A stretch of DNA of 64,000 nucleotides from Seison nebaliae (lineage: Eukaryota), in assembly GCA_023231475.1 (NCBI GenBank), contig JALJEE010000349.1:1-64000 (forward strand). The letters are read 5' to 3'. Shown one piece after another: positions 55,788-64,000 of the stretch (positions within the stretch are counted from its first letter, which is position 1; each line of letters opens with the position of its first letter). Under the pieces are notes generated by a model. It had not been told where the DNA came from. It was given only the letters and a program-made list of their open reading frames with translations, and made no database searches. The position numbers and the translations under genes are program-made.

Positions 55788-57567
55788 TATTCTCCTTCTC
55801 AAAATAATTCGAGTTTCTATGTCAACCAATAATCTGATCATTCATCCTCATATTTTTTATGGAGCAGCAGCAACCCATTAGCAAATATCAATACGACTAC
55901 ACAAAAATATTCTTTTTCTTTTCCAAAAAAATAAGAGCTCCATTTTTTTAGAAATTCATTTCCTCTGACTAACTTCATCTTTTCTTCCTCATCCAAAAAT
56001 CATTTCCCAATTCTCATCATTTTCATAGAATTCATCGAATTATCGTCAACACTACCGTAAAGACTAACCGAGTCATCCACTATTGTACTTTTCCCCTTCC
56101 AATCATTAGGAATACCATTCATTCTTTTAAGAGATAAGAAAACTCTGATTGGAAAATTGATATTCCATCGAGATAAAAACTATTGACGGAATGTTACGAT
56201 AAATTTTTTTCCTAAAATAAGGAGAAATTTTATTTCCAATCTTTCATCGGATTTTAAGATAATTTTTCGTCGATCTATAAAATTGACAACAGATATTGGA
56301 ATTATATTCATTCTATAATTTCTCTTATTTATTATTCATATTTGCGATTCTTTGTTTTTCCACATTTTTCCTCTTCTCTTTTTTTCTCAATTTCATTCAA
56401 ACTTCTCATATTTTCATTTTCAAAGTAAGTTTCAAAAAAAAAATCACAATTCTCCTGTACAGATTTTTTTTTCCTGAATGATTAAAATTCGATTTTCAAA
56501 ATTAGATGAAATTATCATTCTTTCTATAATTTGTTTCCATTCCTATCAAACAGACATACACATACATACACACACACATATACACTCAACATCCATCAAA
56601 CATAAATTCTATGCATAGTACTCTCGATCTATTTCTTTCCACTTTTCACATATTCTTCGATCTTCTTCAAATAATAATTATTTGTATTATTTGACTTGCG
56701 TAGATATCATACATCACCTTTTCATAATTTAATTAAAACACTCATATCAATTGTTACAAAATGAAGAAAGTTATTTACATTTTCTATAAAATACACAAAT
56801 TTTTCATCGTCATCAACTAACATCAACACCAATACTATTACTATTAATTATTATTATGAATTGCAGCTTTTCATCCTATTTTCCAGGAAAGATAAATGAT
56901 CGTATTTTCTATTAATTTTATTTAATTTTCCCCAAATCAAAATAAACATGTGTTCCATGATGTTATTCTATTCATTTCCAAAATTCCTATTCACTCAGCT
57001 ACAAGTGCTCTAATGTTTTATAATAATTTTTCTCCATTTCATTTTAACCAATTCTTGAACAACTATTATTCTGAAAAGAGAAAATTATTCGCATAATTTC
57101 AATATAAGAAAGAATTAATTAAGTTAAAAAAAACGGAGAATTGAAGGCGGATAATTCGATTAATATTTTAATATTTCAAATGGAATTCTACCATTATTTG
57201 CAGTTATCCAAAATTTCCTGTCTTCTTCCTCCATATCGCTAACCTAACAATAAGAATTGGGAAAAATTTTGGGTCGCCATAATTTCGTTAGTTGTTACTC
57301 CATATTCTAAAACTATGTAATAAGTGAATATTCATGTTTGCTTTAATTGATTAATAGAAAGTTAATGATATAAGAAAATGAAAATTTAATGGAATTGACT
57401 TCATTTTATTCTTAGAACTTAAAGTTTATGATATTCTGAATAATTGAATGCGAGAAATATATGCGAATGTGAAGTGTGGCGTTCACCGGTTTTCATTACT
57501 TGTTTTCACTACTTTAGGTTCAGTTACTGTTTTCTGATATTTAATTAATCATCATATAAACGTCATA

Positions 57568-57725
57568 TTTTTTTTTTAGGGAAATTCCTGTCGGGATAAA
57601 TTGAAACTTTTGATCAATCTCCTCTACGCTCGGCGGTAGGAGATCTCTACGTTGCGTGAGACGTGTGTCCCATCGTTGTGGCGTTGGGAACGTGCGTAGA
57701 CCACTGGGCTTCACACGCCCCAGAT
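57568..57725 (-). other. GC-rich structured island ending in an A tract (candidate SINE, retroelement 3' end or ncRNA)
   Basis: Three hairpins (ATCTCCT..AGGAGAT; TCTACG..TCCCA..TGGGA..CGTAGA; CTGGG..CCCAG) in an AT-rich background. The T tract at ~57568-57577 is an A tail on the minus strand. Confidence 0.4.
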
Positions 57726-58047
57726 ATTGTTAGATGTTTAACTCGAAATTGAGATTATTCCTCGTGGAAAACGGAAAACATGTTTCGACTTTTCGGAACA
57801 ATAAATAACTATGTTTTTCCCCGTTAATTTCCGATTAGTTAATTTCCAAGTAAGGGAATTCTGTTTATTTTAAAAGCTACTTAAACGATCTTTATGAAGA
57901 GGAATGTTGACTCAGAATATTCAACTGTATATCTGGTTAAACATACAGCAGTAGAAGAAGGAAATATCAATATATTGATTGATAGTTGTAACCGAAGTGG
58001 CTGTTAAACCAGGAATACCGGAGCTGTATTCGGTTTAGAGCAGAATT

Positions 58048-58311
58048 TACTCTCTATTTCATTTTCGGAGAGGAATTCACGCAAATATCCGAGCGGAATT
58101 CCGTCGACTATCGAAATATTATTCGGAGAGGAATGCACCTAAATAGTGAGAGCAGCATGTTCAGCTCAGGTTCCAAGCGCAGTTAGAATGATTTTCTCGC
58201 CGAAATGGAGTTAATATTAAACTGCATTTGCCTCTCTGATATCCAAAGATGAGAGTGAATTTCTCTTCGAAAATCAGAGTGAAATCCTCTCCAAAAACAA
58301 ATTAGAGGGTC
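58048..58311. mobile_element. Degenerate MITE with ~33-bp terminal inverted repeats and internal subrepeats
   Basis: TACTCTCTATTTCATTTTCGGAGAGGAATTCAC (58048-58080) versus the reverse complement of 58279-58311, GACCCTCTAATTTGTTTTTGGAGAGGATTTCAC. Inner copies lie at 58124-58138 and, inverted, at 58255-58269. Confidence 0.6.
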
Positions 58312-58982
58312 AATGAAAACAATGGGTGAATACCACTCCGTGCCATATAAAAAATAAACTTAAAACTTTCTAACTAACCAGAGAGTTTCTCACAATTGTC
58401 AGTACAATTGTTTAAAAAAAAGCTGTCTCTTTTTACCAATTAAAGTATGCTTTAAATAAAAGATTTAACGAAATGTTTATGGAAGTAAAAATTTTGATTG
58501 AATGAGGAGAAGGTATGAAACAAAAAAAGTATTTAAGGTCTTTTTTTCTAATTTCCGATGAAAGGAAGACCAATCTCACGCCCAATCAAAACTTCCATAC
58601 ATTCAATTTTTATATTGAACCAAGTATCAAGTTTCACTGGAAATTATGTTGAAATGGGAACCTCGTAGAACAAACACTGTGCTGACTGATTGCATGATGA
58701 TAATTTATAAAAGTCTTTTCTATTTTCCTCGAGTTGCGTGATAATGTAAATTAAAATTGCTAGTTTTTAGTTGGAATATATTGTGGAAGATTTTTATTAA
58801 TCGCAATTAACAGAATCACTTCATTCATTTCCTGTTTTTTGAAAAATAAAAAGAAATCACGCTTATCTCGAATAGAATTCTTATTAATTCTCAAAACAAT
58901 TAAAATTCTGTTCTATTAGTCGGATAGTTATTTCACGGTGGATTCCACGTTTGATTATATTTCTAATTATTACGACATAGAA

Positions 58983-60647
58983 ATGTTGAGAAAAAATGAC
59001 AATGTTGAAGAAGATGATGGTGAAAATGATGATTACAATCAACCAGTTTATGGTCTATGTTACGAGATCACAGAATTGCAGGAATTGAAGAAACAATTGA
59101 TTTGTTTGAATGTTGGAGGTGTACGGTTTAAAGTTATGCAGTGTACATTGCAACGATTACCAGATACTATATTGGGTAATATCAATGTACCGGGTCAAGA
59201 GTGGGTGAAAGAAGAGTTTTATGATAATATCAATAAAGAGTATTTCTTTGATCGGAATCCTGTAATTTTTGGTTATATACTTAACTTCTTTCGAACTGGA
59301 GAATTACATATCCCACAAGACAAATGTGGTGCCAGCATTAGAAAGGAATTCGATTTCTGGGGAATTAATGATGGTGACATCTCAGCTTGCTGTTGGTTAT
59401 CATATTCTCAAGTGAAGAAGAATCGTATACTTCTTGAAGATTTGGAGAATGAACTCAAAGCCAAATTATCCCATATGAATAAAGCACTACCGTGTGATTT
59501 GAGCAAAATTATGGAATCGGATACAATGGATAATGCGAACGTACAAATGTTATGGAAGAAATGTTATGAAGAACAACAAAAAAGGAATGTAATGGCATCA
59601 CAAAAATTGTCTTGTTATAAGAAATTTCAAAGATTCCGACAGGAAACTTATGAGATAATGAACGACCATCAAAAATCTTTGGTCTCCATGGTTACCACAT
59701 TTTTGAATTTTATTTAACTCAATTTAATTGTTAATTGCCCACAGATTTATGCGGTTTTCCTCATGATTGTTACTTTAACATCGATTGTGGTTTATGTATT
59801 TGAAACGCACAAAATAACTATGACCGGTTACTTGAAGAATGAGACAACTTCAGAATTAACGATCTTTGAAGATCCACTACAAGATTTAATTGGTTGTCTT
59901 AATAATAGTCAATGTGAAATAAGGAGAAATCGAAAATTATTCGAATTTGATTTTTGGATACAAATCTTCTTTTCTTTCGACATTTTCGTTCGACTTTGCG
60001 TCTGTCCATCAATCAAAGTTTTTTTCAGGAATTTTTTCAATTGGAATGATCTATTATCAATTGTTCCATTTTATGTTAATATCGGAGTGATTATTTTAAA
60101 TGGACATACTAATTTGGCGGACATCATCACCCAAACTACTATCCTCTCACATTCGAAAACATCCCTAACCGGTATCCTAAGAATCCTTCAAGTGACACGA
60201 ATTCTGAAGTTGATGAAACATTTTTCAGGAACGAAAGTTCTTTTCTATACCTTCAAGTCCAGTGTCAGTGAAATACTATTAATAATCGTTTTCATCGCTT
60301 TACTGACTTTGTTATTTGGAGCAACGATGTTTTTCACCGAATCGACCCATCAGTATAAAAATATCGGTGATGCATTCTGGTGGGCGGTTGTCACAGCGAC
60401 CACTGTTGGATTTGGAGATTTTGTTCCCACGACTGTTATCGGATATATAATTGGAGGTATTTGTGCAATTAGCGGAATGTTGGTCGTTGCGTTCACGGTA
60501 CCGGTTGGCGTAAGTAACTTTACATTGTTCTATGGACATGCTCAATCTCGATTGCAGCATGGAAAGCGAATGAAGAAGCAGAAAGATCGAATGAAAAAAC
60601 TTGTTCAATTAAATACAATGAACAGACTCGCTTATTCGAAACATTGA
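58983..60647 (+). CDS. Voltage-gated K+ channel, Shaw/Kv3-like, copy 1 (GFG filter), 2 exons
   Basis: T1 domain EYFFDRNP..LNFFRTGELH..FWGI..ACCW; intron 59691-59744; S4 LRILQVTRILKLMKH; pore FWWAVVTATTVGFGD. The start codon is uncertain. Confidence 0.92.
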
Positions 60648-61421
60648 ATATAATTATAGATTTGATCTAATTTTCTCTGCATTTGTTCAATTATATCGTA
60701 CGCATGTTAAGAACAATGCTTAAAAAAAATTTCTCCTTTCTTCTTTATAAAAATATAAACAAGACGCTTCTCAAATGATTGTTTTGGAGGTAAAATAAAA
60801 ACTTTGGAAAGAAAATCGATAATTCATAGAGTCTGATAATGCTACTACATCTTTCAATCTATGTAATGCGATAGTCCCTTCAATGACCGAGGTAAAGTTA
60901 TGTTGTTTTTTTTTCGAGAAGTTAATCGATATTTTCAGCAGTTATTTCTCCTTACATTCGTGTTATCTTGTATTTTACTTGACTATGACTATGGTTTCCA
61001 ACGTAACTATGCAATTATAGGATATAAGAACAATATATTGATAATAATCGACGGCGCCTTTATTTCCTCATGAAAAGACTAACAAGTCTTATTTACTTCA
61101 AACGTCGGGAGGAAGGCAAACGAGAGGTAACTGCTAGGAACGAGTAATTTTGCATGTAATCACTCTCATTAAATCCAATTGGGCTATTTGTTTCTAAAAT
61201 AGGTATTATTCATGAAAATTCTTTGAAAAATTTTATTTTTTTAATTTCCAAGTTAGACAATGTCATAACATTTCCTCGAAAACTTCCAGCAACAAATTTC
61301 TATGAATCATCGACCATATCGAACAAAACTTTCCACCTTTATTTGCTCATAATTCACAATTTGTTTTCCAGTTTTTTTGTTATGATTTAAACTTTTAGAC
61401 TTTCAATTCACATAGTCAGAT

Positions 61422-63143
61422 ATGCCTTTAGGAAAATTAAACCCATTAGAGACCGATGAAGATGTTGATGAACCAGCTTCGATGGCTCCTGTTATCCACG
61501 GGAAAGATCGAAAAGAAGCTAAGAAACAAATGATTTGTATTAATGTCAGTGGAATTCGGTTCAATGTCATGAAATTTACTTTAAGACGTCTTCCTCATAC
61601 GATATTGGGGAATATCATAATGAAAGAAAAGAGTTGGGTACACGATGAATTTTATGATCCGATAAATAATGAATATTTTTTTGATCGGAATCCTTTAATT
61701 TTCGCTTACGTCCTGAACTTCTATCGCACTGGCGAATTGCATATTCCTCACGATAAATGTGGTTCAAGCATCAAACGGGAATTGGATTTTTGGGGAATAA
61801 ATGAGGGTGACATTCAAGCGTGTTGTTGGTTGAATTACAGTAAATTTAAGAATCATCGAAACATTCTTCATGATTTTGAGTTGGAAATGAATGAAATTCA
61901 ATACAAAGTAAAATCTTCAAATAAAGACAAAGATTCGAGGAAATCGAAGAGAACCTTAGATGATTCAGATACCGAACTGAAAATAGATGACGTGGTGACA
62001 GCGTCCTTAAATTATGATATTGATTTGAAGGAATTGGCAAGTAAAGTCCACCAAATTAATTCAAGGAGTAATAATAATTTAAAAGATGAGAAAGAACATT
62101 CGACGAGTGTGGATGTTAAAGAGAAAGGAAATCTGACGAAAGTTCGTTGTTGGTTGAATCGAACGATCGAGAACTCGTGGTCTACTCCTGCGTCGATTGT
62201 TTATTCGGTTTTATTTCTACTTTTAGTTGCCACTTCGATTAGTGCATATGTCCTTTCAACACACAAATATTATATGAAGGCACATTATAACCAAACAGTG
62301 AGTGGTGGTTGGATGACTTATATCAGAGACGTAGATTCGATTAACAGTTGTAAATATGATAGTTCATGTCAATTATATATTAGTAGGACGTTGATTGAAA
62401 TGGATTTTTGGATACAAATATTATTCACGTTGGAATTGGTTCTCAGGATAATAATTTGTAAATCGCTGAAGAAATTTTTCAGTAATTTTTTCAATTGGAA
62501 TGATATTTTATCCTTATTACCGTTTTATGTGGAATTGGGGATGATCATTCATATGGAACAAGAGATTATTTCATATTCATACTTATTAGAACAATTATGC
62601 AAATATCCGTCCGTTATTACTTGGATGAACTTATTCCGAATACTTCGTGTTACTCGAATTTTAAAGTTATTGAAACATTTCTCCGATATCAAAGTTCTTT
62701 ATTACACAGTCAAATCGAGTATAAAAGAATTATTTTTAATCAATATACTTATTGCTATTCTCACATTATTCTTTGGCTCTATCATGTATTTTGCTGAAGA
62801 TAAAAAGAATTATCCGAGTCTTCCCGAATCACTTTGGTGGGCTCTAATAACCGCAACTACTGTCGGTTATGGGGATTTCGTACCCAAAACCTTTTTCGGA
62901 TATGTAGTTGGAAGTGTCTGCGCGATCACCGGAATGTTAGTCGTCGCTTTTACCGTTCCGGTCGGTGTGAGTAATTTCACTTTGTTCTATGGCTACGCAC
63001 AATCTCGATTACAACATAAGAAGCGAATGAAGAAGCAGAAAGAGAATCTGAAGAAAATGGTAGCCCAAAAAAATAGAAAGAGAAAAATTCGGGTTGCTAA
63101 TTTGTTTGGAGCATTTAAATCGAAGAAAAGTTTAAGAAACTAA
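61422..63143 (+). CDS. Voltage-gated K+ channel, Shaw/Kv3-like, copy 2 (GYG filter), intronless
   Basis: T1 domain, S4 FRILRVTRILKLLKH, pore LWWALITATTVGYGD, S6 VVAFTVPVGVSNF. Confidence 0.95.
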   Translation: MPLGKLNPLETDEDVDEPASMAPVIHGKDRKEAKKQMICINVSGIRFNVMKFTLRRLPHTILGNIIMKEKSWVHDEFYDPINNEYFFDRNPLIFAYVLNFYRTGELHIPHDKCGSSIKRELDFWGINEGDIQACCWLNYSKFKNHRNILHDFELEMNEIQYKVKSSNKDKDSRKSKRTLDDSDTELKIDDVVTASLNYDIDLKELASKVHQINSRSNNNLKDEKEHSTSVDVKEKGNLTKVRCWLNRTIENSWSTPASIVYSVLFLLLVATSISAYVLSTHKYYMKAHYNQTVSGGWMTYIRDVDSINSCKYDSSCQLYISRTLIEMDFWIQILFTLELVLRIIICKSLKKFFSNFFNWNDILSLLPFYVELGMIIHMEQEIISYSYLLEQLCKYPSVITWMNLFRILRVTRILKLLKHFSDIKVLYYTVKSSIKELFLINILIAILTLFFGSIMYFAEDKKNYPSLPESLWWALITATTVGYGDFVPKTFFGYVVGSVCAITGMLVVAFTVPVGVSNFTLFYGYAQSRLQHKKRMKKQKENLKKMVAQKNRKRKIRVANLFGAFKSKKSLRN

Positions 63144-64000
63144 TTAACATTTGCTTTTTACATTCCCTTGCATAATGACATCTTCACTTTCAATTACTTA
63201 TCAAATAAAATATTTTATTCTTCCTAACCATCCGTCCATTAGTGGTACGAAGTGGTCATTCCTTAGTACTTCTAACAGTCTTTTCACATTTAATTGAGAA
63301 AGAATGAACATAGTTTCAATTTGACTCTTAATTGTCACAGGAACGCAAGGATAATTTTTTAGTTCAATGTCAATTTATTATTATTCTCAACATTCTTCTT
63401 TCTTCTGATATTTTAGTCTGTCTGATGAGACATCCACTACATATACTATCACTAAGATACTAGTTGGAGAGATGATGGAACTGCATGAATGATAAGAACT
63501 ATCAACTTCCCCCTAAATAGCAGATGTTGCGAACGTAATTTCTTTTTGAATCTCTTCTCCTATGCAATCTTATGAACATAGATGTCACTCTTGAAAAATT
63601 TTTCCAATGTTTAAATTTATTTACTGATATACATGAGAAAATATTGCCTGAACAATTTCATTATTTTCAAACAAATTTCATTTTTTTCATCGGTATAAAT
63701 TCTCTCATATCAAATGTTTGGACTCAAATCATAATCGTTACCTTAAGAAAATAAGCATTTTCTTTTTTATCATCATCATTGCCATCATTACAATTCTATA
63801 CAACTAGAAAAGTTTTAACAATAACTTTATATTTCTTTTAATATTCAAGGTCTCTCACTCTTTCTCTCATAATGACAACGTCATAGGAGTTTCCTATCAT
63901 AGGACAAACATGAACGGATTTTTTCGTTAAATGTATACATGATCTAATGTTTCCGTTCGATTCACTATCTATAAAATTTATTTTACTTTTTCCCATGTCA

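Noticed and set aside
63421..63535. Hammerhead ribozyme at CTGATGAG
   Set aside because: No correctly placed GAAA core or stems I/III.

Overview
AT-rich, gene-dense eukaryotic (animal) DNA in the standard genetic code, with very short spliceosomal introns (mostly 41-60 nt). There is no evidence of prokaryotic, phage or CRISPR content, and the taxon cannot be fixed from sequence alone; it looks like a compact-genome ciliated invertebrate. Recognisable genes: SMNDC1/SPF30, FBXW10-like, SF3B3, CFAP43, MRPS18B, hexokinase, an ARF-like GTPase, ZNHIT6/BCD1, MARCHF5, an NR5A/FTZ-F1 nuclear receptor and two tandem Shaw/Kv3-like channels. Less familiar genes: a SAM plus four WRKY/FLYWCH-like zinc-finger protein, two tandem secreted Cys-rich peptides missing from the ORF track, and orphan secreted or membrane proteins. 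Several MITE- or hAT-like remnants are present. The strongest unusual signal is the splicing code: about 60 of the roughly 70 introns I could place by hand begin GTT, with no +4/+5 consensus, instead of GTRAGT. Exon boundaries were read manually and need RNA-seq confirmation.
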